The notes: generated by a model not told the origin, from the sequence alone. A stretch of DNA of 64,000 nucleotides from Eledone cirrhosa (GCA_964016885.1 OZ024750.1:21390001-21454000), one strand, 5' to 3'; shown: positions 47,479-62,620, counted from the first letter of the stretch. Numbers and translations: made by a program.

Positions 47479-48390
47479 TTAAACTATATTTAATGCTGGT
47501 CTATATTTTTGAATAAGCATATTTTCCTTATTTATTCGTATTTGTTCTGTTGTATTGTCAGCGCAAAGATAAAATGGGAAGACTTGGAATTTGGGTGTCT
47601 TATTACTTGTGCATATGTCTAGATGTGCACTTAGTGGTATCTGTCTCGTGGTTGGATCTCGTAATTGTTGGCGATGAACTGTCATTCTGTTTCTGCGTGT
47701 GAGTTTAGTTTGTCCTATATAATCTTCATTGCATCCTTTACATTTAATGGCATAAATTAGATTTTTTGATGAGCAAGTGAAGTGATTTTTTACAGCAAAA
47801 TGTTGTCCTGATTTAAATGTATACGTGTTGCCTTCATTGAGGTGAGTGCAGGTTCCACAATTATAGCGACCACGTTTTTTGACAGTTGGTTGTGGGTTTG
47901 TGGTAGGTAATTTGGCATTGGTGAATAATGTTTTTAGTGATTTCGGTTTTCATTTGGTTATGATTATTTTGTGTGTTTCAAGGGCTTTTTTCATTCTTGG
48001 GTCTTGTTTCAATAGTGGGATGTTCTTGTGAATAGTGTTGTATGCTTCCGCATTTATTGGGTTGTGTGTTGAGATATATGATAGAATATTGGGCGTACCT
48101 TGAATTTGTTTCTGTTTTCGTAAGTCATCAATGCCTATTGCTTTAGCCCTTTCTATCCCATTATGTATTAGTAATGGTGTACTGTCTTTCGAGTACTAAT
48201 TTCCTTTAATTCTTGAAGTCTTTTATTTCGCGTTTAATAATTGGAGACACTTGTGCAAATTCTTCTTGCTAGGTTAAAAGGGATGTTCGTCTTCGTGTGC
48301 TTTGGATGGTTGGACATGAATAGCAAGTATTGTTTGGAATCTGTTGGTTTGTAGTGTATGTCAGTTTCAATATTTGTGTCTTTTTTTATC
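47479..48390 (-). pseudogene. Penelope-like element RT thumb + Cys linker + GIY-YIG endonuclease, frameshifted, 5'-truncated (Neptune-like)
   Basis: IETDIHYKPTDSKQYLLFMSNHPKHTKTNIPFNLARRIC...NCGTC...FTCSSKNLIYAIKCKGCNEDYIGQT / RMTVHRQQL..LSAHL..KENMLIQKYRPALN*. Confidence 0.92.
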
Positions 48391-50507
48391 TATATATACA
48401 AAGTCATACGATCGTTAGATAATGTTAAATGTATTAAACATCTATAAACCAACCAAAAGAAGAGTAACTCCCATGGAGAAAATAATTATTTTATAACAGT
48501 CAGTTACATCTTCAAAATAACAGAGCGATATAAATATTATCAGTAAAATACGATACATCAATACCGAACGCTAACAAAAAAATTATGAGTACTAACACTG
48601 AGATAACGTATACATCTTGAATTATATCCAGTACATATACGCATATACAATTTGATTGAGACACATAATCATACATACACAAATACCAGTGTACATCGAT
48701 AAATCAACTGAAATATACAGATAAAGGTTACAAATGTATATACGAAATTTAATTTACTATTTAAACTTGTGCTTATTTAAAGAAATGCACATACAATAAT
48801 GACAAAGTTGATTAATAGAAGAAATATAAGCAAAACTTTTAGACAGTTAAAAATCATTACATCAACAAAAACCCTTATAATGTATAGATATCATATCATA
48901 TATATATATATACATGTATATATATATACATGATATAATGTATAGATATATACATAGATATATATATAGATAATGTATATATATATACATGATATAATGT
49001 ATAGATATCATATCATATATATATATATACATGTGTGTGTATGTGGTGTATATGTGTGTGTGTTTGTGTATAGTTAGACACACAAATGCGCACACAATAA
49101 ACATACCAACCTCACATATATATATATATGTATGTATACATACATATATATATATATACATGTATGTATGTATGTATGTATGTATGTATGTATGTATGTA
49201 TGTATGTATGTATGTATGTATGTATGTATCTATGTATGGATGTATATATATATATATCTGTGGTTGTGTGTGTGCGTTTATACTATACCTACATGAAAAC
49301 GCACATAAATATAAAAATATATGCAGATAGATAACTATATATGAACACCCTCATTACTGCTTATAAGCATAAATAAATAATACCAAATATAAATATACAA
49401 ATTAAAGCATAAAGTATATAATAAATGTGAGAGTTTAAATTATTACTTTACTTCATGATATCATACTTATATATATATATATTAGAATTTACTGTATAAA
49501 ACTACAAATTATTCATGCTGGGCCGAATGTCCTATAAATTAAAGTAAATGAAATAAGGAGGGTAATGTAAACAGGAACTAATCACTTCACATTAACGATG
49601 TAGAAGAGGAACGTTAGAGGAACTAATTTCAAGAGTTTCATATAAATACAAGCAACATTTTCCTCTGCAATTCTTATAGTGTTTAGCAAAGTTAATACTG
49701 GACATTCTCGAGAAGTGAGCAATATTAGATTATTTTTAAATCCCCAATCAAACGAGCAAGAAGAAAAGGATTTTTCAATGTCTCATTTTTAAATGAATGT
49801 AAATGTGAATAAAATCGCGTCTTAAATCTATGAGACGTGGCTGTAATATAGTTATTAGTGCTCATAAGAGTAATGATAGTTCATTGATACATAAGATTAT
49901 TTCTAAGACAATTTTCTTTAAGTTAGAATTGATTCGGTTACCTACAATTAGATACTGAGGCTGCGATAAATGTTATAATTACTATCCGTATAATATATAG
50001 TTTCAGCAGTATTAGTTGAAGTATTACTATTAATAATCAAACTATTATGTCGGCTGTTATTCATATTTAAGCAGTAAGTCGTTATTGATATTAGTTCTCG
50101 TAAATCCATGTTAACTTCAGTAGAGAACTTTAAAACCTTTTAACATTTGGGGGAACTTTCTCGCATTCAGTGGCAATTGTCAAACTGGTCTACTGTGGTA
50201 TGTTAATGATCTATGCAGACATATTTAGAGAAAGTACTGGGTGTCTGATAAAGAGTGTATGTACAAATGAAGAAATGTAAATTAAAATAAGGCACATGTC
50301 ATCCTGCATATAATTGTGTGTGTGTAAATTAATATATATACTTATACATATTTATTGACCAGTCGGTTCGGTGATCTATGCAATTGTAACGAGTAGTAGA
50401 TTTTAACAAGACCACCATAAACGATAGACCTAACGACAGTAGTAGTAGTAGTAGTAGTAGTAATAGTAGTAGTGGTAGTGGTAGTGGTAGTAATTTATTT
50501 TATATTA

Positions 50508-50538
<31 letters not shown>

Positions 50539-50705
50539 CCCAGGAAAACTAGCAATCTAACAATATACGAGGTTAAAAATATTGCGCTGACATCAACCAC
50601 AAACCTTCTCGGGAAATGTCTCTCCATCTAATATATACGTGCCTTAGGTATCTGGTTGAGACCAGGCCAGATGAAATCAAATTGAAATATCACGAAAAAT
50701 AAAAC

Positions 50706-50742
<37 letters not shown>

Positions 50743-51121
50743 TTAACAATTACTATTGTATCTAGGGAAAATTTCGTGTATATAGCAACATTGTAATTTG
50801 TTGACGAAATAGAGAGCTTAATATCGATTTTGTCACAAATAAATACAATAACTCTAAATCATGCTTACTTTCTAAAGAAATAACACAACAAACCAAATTG
50901 TATTATATACAAATATCAAATAATATTGCTTTTGGTTTAGTTCAGGATTATTTTTTCCTTTATTTCGTTTGGTAAATTCATCTTTGTAGTTCCGGAAATT
51001 AAAAACAAAATCTAGTAGCGGATATATGTTCTATTCTTTAAAATTGCAGCATTCTTTAAACATGTGTATTTATTGATGATCTATCGTTTCTTTGTCTCCG
51101 TGTAGATTTATTATACATCAT

Positions 51122-51122
51122 T

Positions 51123-51188
<66 letters not shown>

Positions 51189-51206
51189 CTAGTAGTAGTA
51201 GTAGTA
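51122..51206. repeat. (TAG)n microsatellite
   Basis: Direct reading. Confidence 0.95.
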
Positions 51207-53382
51207 AACTGTTAAATTAGTAAATAAAAAAATGTTCTCCGAATATATTGAGGAAACAGAAATGAATAGAACACACTCAATATCTTAGATGACGTAAAGC
51301 AGCAATTATTCAACGGATATCTGAAACGGTTGCCTTATATTTCCCCCAGTTAATGTGAACTTACACTAATACGTCTAAGTCTTTCAGTTAAATGCGTCAT
51401 AGACAGGATGATTGTCTTTCTTCATAATTCTTTCTCCGTATGGTCGAGTGGTTAAGGATACTCAGACAACAAGACAATTTTCATGCATACCTTTCTGGCA
51501 GAGCGATGCGCGCCAACATTTTTCCTCTTGTCTATCTCCAGACACAGACACACGCACAAATACATATCTATATATATGTATTAAGTACAATTTGTTTTGT
51601 TATCCACTATCCAGATATGTAAACAATTATCTGCAGTTATTGAACTGAAATGACACAGGGCAGTATTCCAATGCAATAAGTACATTGTTTTAAAATTATC
51701 ATTGCAGACCCAATGAAATTTCTTTATTCTCTCTTATTGTGTTTCATGTTTAAAACAGTCCACAGCAGAATAATCAACAGCTGGTCTAGAAAATAACAAC
51801 TCGACAATTGATTTTAATAAAGAAACGTTATTGATGTTTATTCTTTGCTGAAAGTGGGTGGAATGGCGAAATATTAAGATATTAATCTCATTTGTCTTTT
51901 AAATATTGATTTTTTAGTGCTTCTTATCTCAACTTAATCTACGTCATAGTCGCTATGGCACCGTAGGGTCAACGCAGACTTATAACTCAAGCTTTACTCT
52001 CTTGTTATTGCTAAATACCATTCTCTCAAAATATATAATGTTTTGTTTGGTTTTGGTTATGTATATTTATTCTTATAGACAATTGCAATAGTTCCTATTT
52101 TCCAATAAACCCCTAACATACAAATGTATTAATTAGCGATATCACTAACATGGTGTGATAAAGAATGGATCCGTATAGTATATGAACCTATCTACAAGAC
52201 CTTTATGTCTATATTTTTTGTTTAATGGTATCTGGACGAAGTAAAACGAACTCTGACGAGCCTTAACATATCCCAAAATGTATATAAATACTGCTTTTAC
52301 TTCGATATCGCACTAGCTGTGATCTGATTCCAGATTGAAATATTTACAGCAAAGCTGAAGACATGTTTGTAGTAGATAAATATGTTGTATATAACTCAAG
52401 CTCATTTCATTACTAATGCATATATTCGTCTGTTTGAGCTTGTTCAGATTTGCTCGTGTCCATTGGGACACCCATATCGTTAGAGATGTGAGTAGTAGAA
52501 TATCTCTTGTCGGTAGAGAGACGGTCGTTGAAACATTTTGTTACAGCTGAATCACATCGCTATCACCATTCCTTTCCTTCGCATTACCTTTATTATTAGC
52601 AGTAACGTTTTAAGGTTTAAATTCTAGAAACAATAGATCATGAAACTAAATACTTTACAGCTTTAAGTTCGTCAGACTAGATTCTCAAATATAATCTATT
52701 GAAAAACTTGCCTTGTATAATCGAATTCTTAACCACTAGAGCATGATCAATATTAGAGGTTTTTGAAAGGAAATATTTATTATCATCTTGCTGAAACCAG
52801 AAGCTTTAGATTTCTTCGTATTACAATTCTGGGGAGGACAAAAATGCCAATTATGCCAAAAGCGCCAATTAATTTTTCGTGAATTGTTTCCTCCGCTTCA
52901 AGACAAACTGTTTGATTCTATTTTCTCTCGCAGTGTGAAAGGTACAATGTGATTAAAAAGAATAGCTGATCTGAATACGTGGCATCGAATTGGCAGGCTC
53001 ATTAGGAAGTTAGATGTTCCGAGGCAATGCACTCTGTGTTCAAATCTCATCTCATTCAACTTTGCTCTTAACATTTTCGAGGTCGATAAATAAAGTACAA
53101 TTTAATTTCTATATCTGCCCCTCTCTATCTCTCTTTCTCTCTCACTCACTCTCTTCAACCCTATCTCCCCCCTCTCTCTCTCCGGAATAAATCAGCTATG
53201 TTCAGTCAAGGCATGGGATGAACTCCAGCATGTGTACAATGTACAAAGCACAGTGTATGTCAGGAGACTGTCATTACGACTCCATCAAGAATATGATACC
53301 AATCTAGTGCTTCCTACTTGAATATATACTGTATAATTGTATATAATTTGTTGTCTAAATATAGCTGGATATAACTAAGTAT

Positions 53383-53467
<85 letters not shown>

Positions 53468-53502
53468 GTGCATATATATAAAGCAAATAAAATCATAGTT
53501 TG

Positions 53503-53553
53503 GTGTTTCTGAAGAAGACAGTCGATCGAACAGGAATTTCGAAACTAGAAACA
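53503..53553 (+). ncRNA. Degenerate hammerhead-like motif
   Basis: TGTTT-CTGAAGA..TTC-GAAA-CTAG-AAACA; the cleavage UH appears to be missing. Confidence 0.35.
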
Positions 53554-54039
53554 GCTAGGTATGTAATAACTATAATGCTAGTCGATACATCGATATTCCA
53601 GAATCAATCTACCCCCTGAAACGATCATAAACAATGAACTGATTTACAACCTATCTCTGATTTTTCTTTTGTTTTCAGTGTTCTATGCACACACACGCAC
53701 ACACGCACACGCACACACACAGACACACACACATATATATATATATATATAAATATATATATATAAATATATACTTATCCATATATATTTATATATATAT
53801 ATACATATATATATGTTTATATATATATATATATGTTTATATATATATATATATATATATGTTTATATATATATATATATATATACATACATTTATATAT
53901 ATATATATATACATACATTTATATATATATATATATATATACATACATTTATATATATATATTTATATATATATTTATATATATTTATATATATATATCT
54001 ATATATATATATTTATATATATATATATTTATATATATA

Positions 54040-54227
54040 TAAAAATCAACTTTTTCAAATACAAGTCGATGTTGAACGGTATGTCAAATCTATTTATCTA
54101 TAAAACTGTCTATATTGTATTTTGTCTGAAGAAGGCATAACATATTGTTAATATGATATCCCTGAAATATATATAATGAAATAAATATGGTTTTATAAAT
54201 ATAGTTTCCATTTATTTAATATCGTAT
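54040..54227 (+). mobile_element. (TA)n-flanked pLTR-like unit with HHR (54119-54182)
   Basis: ATTTTGT-CTGAAGA-AGG..CCT-GAAA-TATATA-TA-ATGAAAT; 3' tip duplicated as the fold-back at 21296-21371. Confidence 0.7.
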
Positions 54228-54242
54228 ATTTATATATATATA

Positions 54243-54289
<47 letters not shown>

Positions 54290-54296
54290 TTATATA

Positions 54297-54576
54297 TAAC
54301 GACGGAAATATGGTAAGGAACCATGTGGACCAAAACGCACCAAAGTACTCAATACTTAGGGTAGTAGCTACCCCTTCCTTCCACAAATTGCCATGATAGA
54401 ATTATGTGTCTCAAAAACAAACTTTTGACCAATCCTTGTGACAATCACTTTTACCATATATGGAATTACTTCCTGAGAAGCTCGGCTATTCATATACCAG
54501 AATAAAAATGTTCATTTAGTCCAGAATTAGCTCTCGAAACGGCTTGAGCTCAGCCGTCGGGGTCCTACTGGTTCCT
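54297..54576 (+). mobile_element. (TA)n-flanked unit with degenerate HHR (54469-54562)
   Basis: CTTC-CTGAGAAGCT..AGCTCTC-GAAA-CGGCTTGAGCTCAGCCG-TC-GGGG; first ~75 bp also present inverted at 4894-4968. Confidence 0.6.
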
Positions 54577-54613
54577 ATATTTATATATATATATATTTAT
54601 ATATATATATATT

Positions 54614-54646
<33 letters not shown>

Positions 54647-54685
54647 ATTTATATATATATATATATTTAAATATATATATATATT

Positions 54686-54722
<37 letters not shown>

Positions 54723-54854
54723 AAATATATATATATTTATATTTATATATATTTATATTTATATATATTTATATTTATATTTATATATATTTACTGTCAT
54801 TTCTATAATACGAAGAGGGTGTTTAACTCCAACACGCTCCAGTATTTTAACCCT

Positions 54855-54887
<33 letters not shown>

Positions 54888-54895
54888 ATATATAA

Positions 54896-55053
54896 ACCGG
54901 ACAAACCACCCACACCCGGATATGTCTCCGCAAACAGTAATTCTCTTCTCGAATGGGCCATGGTGCCCAAATCCTGAATTGAAAGACTTCGCCAGGTGGT
55001 GCTATTAAGTTAGACATGGCCTGGGCCAATACTGGCCAAAACATTTCAAAGTT
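54896..55053 (+). mobile_element. CR1-group LINE 3' tip, near-identical to 4404-4562
   Basis: CCGGACAAACCACCCACACCCGG...GGCCAAAACATTTCAAAGTTA matches by eye; flanked by (TA)n. Confidence 0.92.
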
Positions 55054-55068
55054 ATATATATTTATATT

Positions 55069-55099
<31 letters not shown>

Positions 55100-55150
55100 A
55101 TATATAATTATATACATATATGTATATTTATATGTATATATATATATATT

Positions 55151-55181
<31 letters not shown>

Positions 55182-55212
55182 TTATATATATATATATTTA
55201 TATATATATATA

Positions 55213-55435
55213 GTGAAGGCGTGTAGCTGAGTGGTTAGAGAACTGGATTCGCAATCGTGAGGTTGTGAGTTCGATTCCTGGACCGGGCGATGCGTTATGT
55301 CCTTGAGCAATACACTTTATTTCACGTTGCTCCTTCTACCTGGAGTTGCGACCGATAAATAGTATTAGCAATTGGAGAGACCAATGGAAACACTGTTTCC
55401 TCGGTCCGATTTAACGAAAGTCGATCGTTAGGAAT
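55213..55435 (+). mobile_element. tRNA-derived SINE family 2 (CORE-like), (TA)n-flanked
   Basis: A-box TAGCTGAGTGG, B-box GTTCGATTCC, CCTTGAGCAATACACTTTATTTCACG. Confidence 0.85.
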
Positions 55436-55458
55436 ATATATATTCCTATTGCATCATT

Positions 55459-55489
<31 letters not shown>

Positions 55490-55576
55490 ATTTATATATA
55501 TATATAATTATATATATATATATATGGATATATAGATATAGATATAGATATATAATTATATATATATATATATATG

Positions 55577-55775
55577 TGAAGGCGTGTGGCTGAGTGTTTA
55601 GATAATTGGATTCGCAATCGTAAGGTTGTGAGTTCGATTCCTGGACCAGGCGATGCGTTATGTCCTTGAGCAAGACACTTTAGTTCACGTTGCGACCGAT
55701 AGATAGTATTAGCAATTTGAAAGACCAACGGAAACATTGTTCCCTCGGTCCGATTTGACGAGAGTCGATCGTTCA
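55577..55775 (+). mobile_element. Second SINE family 2 copy
   Basis: Diverged direct copy of 55213-55435. Confidence 0.85.
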
Positions 55776-55810
<35 letters not shown>

Positions 55811-55814
<4 letters not shown>

Positions 55815-56619
55815 TATGTATGTATACGTACATACATATATGTATACAGACGTACAGTAGCATGTATATATATACATACCGGCACACACATATATATGCA
55901 CGTATCAGTTTACCGAACATTTATTATAATGCTCGGTTTGTTCGTTTACAAACAAACAGCGTGAATTACGCCGTACAGTGTTTACAAACGAACAAACCGA
56001 GCATTATAATAAATGTTCGGTAAACTGATACGTGCATATATATGTGTGCCTGTATGTATATATATACATGCTACTGTACGTCTGTATACATATATGTATG
56101 TACGTATACATACATACCTACATTTAAGTAAGTGCCGTAATAAGAGTGAGAAATGAAATTTCGTTTCATTCTATTCCATTTATCGTTTTCGGTGCGCCTG
56201 GCCGACTGAACTCACTCGATATGCAAATTAGGCTGCTCAGCCGTTAATTTTCATATGGAAAGTATATACTTTCGGACGTTCAACCATCTGGCAGAAAGGT
56301 ATACGGTGCTGACGATAGCTAATAAGCTTGAAACTAGTACATCGTTCCTGTGTCAGTGTTGAACAAAAAGGTGACGTGGTTGCCTAAACACTGTACGGCG
56401 TAATTCAGGCTGTTTGTTTGTTTACAAACGAACAAACCGAGCATTATAATAAATGTTCGGTAAACTGATACGTGCATATATATATGTGTGCCTGTATGTA
56501 TATATATACATGCTACTGTACGTCTGTATACATATATGTATGTACGTATACATACATACCTACATTTAAGTAAGTGCCGTACTAAGAGCGAGAAATGAAA
56601 TTTCGTTTCATTATATTCC

Positions 56620-56625
<6 letters not shown>
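55811..56625 (+). mobile_element. Non-coding PLE-type insertion: inverted partial pLTR + partial-tandem pLTRs with HHR
   Basis: 55811-55984 is the inverse of about 56385-56562; 55981-56183 directly repeats at 56422-56625; (TA)n on both sides. Confidence 0.88.
56303..56345 (+). ncRNA. Minimal hammerhead ribozyme
   Basis: ACGGTG-CTGACGA-T-AGCT(aata)AGCT-T-GAAA-CTAG-TA-CATCGT: 6-bp stem I, GUA site, palindromic ACTAGT. Confidence 0.85.
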
Positions 56626-57900
<1,275 letters not shown>

Positions 57901-58179
57901 GAATAAGAAAAAGCGAAGCAGTTTCAGCTGTTAAATTCCTTTAATGATAATGCTGTGATACATATTTCAATGACGACAGTGGCCACAAGGTTCGGTGCGC
58001 CAGTGCCGTGACATCATCAGACAGCTTGTTACATAATAAGGTTATGTTACCGAGGTAATCCAAATTGAATCGACATGAGAATGGACAAAGCGTGTGGCCA
58101 CTGTCGTCATTGAAATATGTATCACAGCATTATCATTAAAGGACTTTAACATCTGAAACTACTTCGCTTTTTCTTATTC
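57901..58179. mobile_element. 87-bp inverted pLTR pair with a complete HHR in the left/central part
   Basis: 57901-57987 vs 58093-58179. Confidence 0.87.
57952..58025 (-). ncRNA. Hammerhead ribozyme with long stem II
   Basis: Minus strand GCTGT-CTGATGA-[TGtcACGGCAcTGGC..GCCAcTGTCGTCAtt]-GAAA-TATGTA-TC-ACAGC. Confidence 0.8.
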
Positions 58180-58252
58180 GATATATACTCCGTCACTCAT
58201 ATGTGAAAAAAGTACGTTGAGTGCTTGAATGGAATTGCATCAATGTTTACCT

Positions 58253-58290
<38 letters not shown>

Positions 58291-58549
58291 CCTGTGTGTG
58301 TGTGTTTGCATTGTATTATATATATATTTCATTCTCTCTTCATATATACTGCTCTTTCTCATTCTATGTTTCAGTATATCTCTCACATTAGTTCTCTGTA
58401 CTTATTTCAGTCTTTGTTTCCCACTGTTATTTGAAACTAGGAAGAAATTTCACACGAACATTGCTTTTGTTGTTTTTATCCCACATCTATCTTTTCCTGC
58501 GTGTTTGAACTAAAGAATTAATGCCTAGAGTCAAACGAATTAGATTCAA

Positions 58550-59032
58550 ATATATGCATACATATACACATTATACATGTATATACACATTATACATTTA
58601 TATACACATACGCAAAAACCCACAGACATACAGATATATAAGTATGTACATATACATATATACATATATACATATACATATATACGTATACATAATTATA
58701 CATATACATATATACATATATATATACATATATATACATATACATACATACAAATATATATACACACATATATATATCTGTATATATATATATACACATA
58801 TATATATGTATATATATATATACTTATATATATACACATATATGTATATACATATGTGTATATATATATATACATATATATATATGTATATATATATATA
58901 CATATATATGTATACATATATATATATATATATATGTATACATATATATATATATATATGTATACATATATATATAAACATATATGTATATATTTTATAT
59001 ATATAAACATATACATATGTATGCATATATAT

Positions 59033-59090
<58 letters not shown>

Positions 59091-59191
59091 CATATATATT
59101 ATATATATATATATATATGTATGCATATATATTATATATATATATATATATGTATGCATATATATTATACATATATATACATATGTATGCA

Positions 59192-59262
<71 letters not shown>

Positions 59263-59295
59263 CATATATATTATATATATATACATATGTATGCA

Positions 59296-59335
<40 letters not shown>

Positions 59336-59684
59336 GTATGCATATATTATATATATATATATACATATGTATGCATATATATTATATATATATATATATG
59401 TATGTATATATATATATAAACATATACATATGTATGTATATATATTATGTATGTATATATATTATGTATGTTTATATATTATATATGTATATGTATGTGT
59501 ATATTATGTATGTATATATATTATGTATGTTTATATATTATATATGTATGTATGTATATATATATATATATATTATATATGTATATACATTATATATATA
59601 TATATATATATATGTATGTCTATTATATATGTATATATATATTATATATATATATATGTATATCTATTATGTATGTATATATAT

Positions 59685-59738
<54 letters not shown>

Positions 59739-59830
59739 TATATAAACATATATATTATATATGTTTATATTATATATGTATATATATTATATATATATAC
59801 ATATATATATATATGTATATATATATATTG
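58550..59830. repeat. (TA)n/(CATA)n/(TATG)n array with ATGTATGCATATATATT minisatellite units
   Basis: Direct reading. Confidence 0.92.
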
Positions 59831-59849
59831 TTCTTCTTTTTGGTAAATA

Positions 59850-60138
59850 TCCTCTTGGTTAAGAGAGTGGGACTGGCTTTGTGCAGTGCCTTTGCTCACT
59901 ATAAAAGCTTCACGGCACAGACATTGCTTTATATCTGGAGATCTCTCTACACTTGTCGTCACATTGTACCATGGGCCCAGCACTATGTGTCAATAATTGT
60001 CACCAGTGTAGTGTTTGTACCAGAGTTTTCAAGTCGCTGGCTGGACTAAAACGTCACACTCGTTCAGCGCATCGGTAGGGGTTCTCCTACATGGATATAA
60101 AGTAGTGGCCGTACTCGAAAACGAGTTGGGAGCCACCA
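59850..60138 (+). mobile_element. Probable RTE-clade LINE 3' end with terminal C2H2 finger
   Basis: 60001-60078 encodes [25 protein letters not shown]; short 3' UTR then microsatellite; upstream frame is broken. Confidence 0.6.
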
Positions 60139-60150
60139 TATGTATATATA

Positions 60151-60296
<146 letters not shown>

Positions 60297-60894
60297 TATA
60301 CACACATATATACATATATAAACACGTATATATATATACACATATATACACACGCACATACATATATAAATGTATATGCATAGATATACACATATGTATA
60401 TATGAAACATATATGCTACGCTTATCGATGTAAACAGAACAAAAACGCATTCACACATGCTTACCATATCCTGAACCCAGTGAACTCTTGCCTATTGCTG
60501 TGACTGCTGCAGTCTTTGATTCTTCAGATGAGACAATTCGGTATCCCCACCTCTACACTAACCGCAACCCCACCCTCAACGCCATCCCCAAGCATATAGT
60601 AAAGTGCTATTTATCTGTCCAATTCCCTCTTCCTCACCGACCACCAAAAAACAAACAGTATCATGTTTATGTTTATATTTTTCTTTTATTCCATCATCCT
60701 GAACATTTTGATGTTTAATGGCTTTTATTTTAGTAAAAAAAATAGTTTCACTTGTGAAAGTTTCGTAAACAACTGAATGGAGATTGTATTTGATAAAGAT
60801 GATGGCGATGATGATGATGATGATGATAGTAATAATTATCTAAGAGGAAGAGAATGGGTTCTATGAGTCATAATGTGTCATATATTAATTATAA

Positions 60895-61065
60895 TTGTTT
60901 CTACTCTTGGCACAAGGCCAGCAATTACCCAGTACATTACTGGTACTTTATTTTATCGACCCCTTAAGGATGAAAGGCAAATTTTACCTCGTCGGGATTT
61001 GAACTGAAACTGTAAATGGACGTACTGCAAAGCATTGCGTCCCACCCTCTACCGATACTGCCATA
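60895..61065 (-). mobile_element. SINE family 1
   Basis: Reverse complement of the 23100/37370 body. Confidence 0.8.
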
Positions 61066-61069
61066 ATAA

Positions 61070-61110
<41 letters not shown>

Positions 61111-61212
61111 GTTTCGATAGCTTTTACAAAATAATTAAAATCGTTTTCCATTAAATTTTCTTTTAAATTTCACTCATAAGTGTTCATAAACGTGGCACAA
61201 ACGCATACATAC

Positions 61213-61560
61213 ATGATGGTTGCCCCCTCCTTATCGAGGCCATTGCACGATATACCATTATTAATAATTATCAATTAATTCTATCGTGCAATGCCTGTGC
61301 GTGAACATTTTTTTCTTTTTTTTATGTGAGGAAAGACTGTGTCCTGAGCCAATCCCACTCTTTGATCGACAGTAGCTACAACCCGAAAAGAAGAAAAAAT
61401 CAACATCATCGAGAACTACTGAGCCGCAGGTTTTATATCGGAGTCATCCCAGTTTCCTGAGTTGAGTTGCCTTCTCTTGGAAGAATGTCATGACAAAGGC
61501 TAGGGGTCCTTCACTCCCAGTGGTTTAACCGCGCGATTTGGTATCCAACCCGATCATTTC
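61213..61560. mobile_element. Third copy of the 23435-23985 repeat
   Basis: ATGATGGTTGCCCCCTCCTTATCGAG....GAGTTGCCTTCTC aligns with 23435. Confidence 0.75.
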
Positions 61561-62298
61561 TATGATGCATACATGTATATACATATATACATATATATAT
61601 ACATACATACACATGTATATACATATTTACACATTTTTGGATGGCCGTTGACTTTTATGTGTTCTTCCGCCCTTTGTCAGGTTTTGTTTTTTGTCCTGCA
61701 GGATGGTGGGGTTTCCGGTTTCGTCACCGACGAACCGACCATGCGACATGTTGTACTGGGTTACATGTTACCAGTAGCACTCAAGAGTACCCGACATACA
61801 TACATACATACGTACGTACGTACATGCATACATACATGCTTGCTTCATATATAAAATAGTAACCAAAAGATCTCAAATGTGTGATGTGTGAATGATTGGA
61901 AATACGAATACACTAGTCAAGTGGTATGAATATCGTATTACTTTACTAGTAACGTCCTATACGATCGTTTCAATGCGGTACAATCTAGTTTGCGTTAGCG
62001 ATGTGGTTGATGCTCTTCTCAATTGAAATTTGTTGAATATAGGGAAGAAAAGCAATTCCAGGGGATTTTTATAATAGTGAGAAAGGACATGCAGTATATT
62101 TGAGAGTGGTTTAAGTGGAGAGTATGTCGGTGGTGACAGGAGATATCAGAGAATCCGATGAGCTTAAATGGAGTTAGCACGAGGCAATCTCTGAAATATG
62201 GCAGCCTTTATAATGGTTTCTACTATGATTTCTAGTATAATGCTGGCCATAACGATACGGAAACTCTATAGATAATGAACACAATCACAAGGATATGG

Positions 62299-62620
62299 TC
62301 CGAATGTGGAAGTGCCAACCATCCGCTGTCATCGCCTCCGTCTCTGTCGCCCTCCACATCTATCTGTATGGTGAGAAAATGGGGTCCCACGTGCTGGCCT
62401 CCCCAGAGCCCCGGCGGACAGAATGAAGAATGCGTTTCTCCGGAGAATTAGGGAGATGCGCTGGAAGAGCCATTCCAACTCGCGAGGCTCACATCTGCGG
62501 CTGGCCAGCTCAGCGCCTATGGTGGTGAGTAGGGAGGTAGCCCTAGGGCCAAAGACACCAGAAGTTTCCACTGCCAAGTGCTCGACCGCAAACCTGTCGG
62601 ATAGCAATAGGAAAAGGCAG
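62299..62620 (-). mobile_element. CRE-like non-LTR retrotransposon 3' end (restriction-like endonuclease C-terminus)
   Basis: LAVETSGVFGPRATSLLTTIGAELASRRCEPRELEWLFQRISLILRRNAFFIL matches the CRE-type 'AVET.G..G..A.......LFQRIS.A.QRGNA' pattern. Confidence 0.72.

Noticed and set aside
55213-55285. tRNA gene
   Set aside because: A/B boxes are present but followed by a SINE body in several diverged copies; it is a SINE head.
60001-60078. C2H2 zinc finger as part of a host zinc-finger gene
   Set aside because: Single finger without TGEKP linkers, followed by a stop, short UTR and microsatellite; fits a retroelement C-terminus better.
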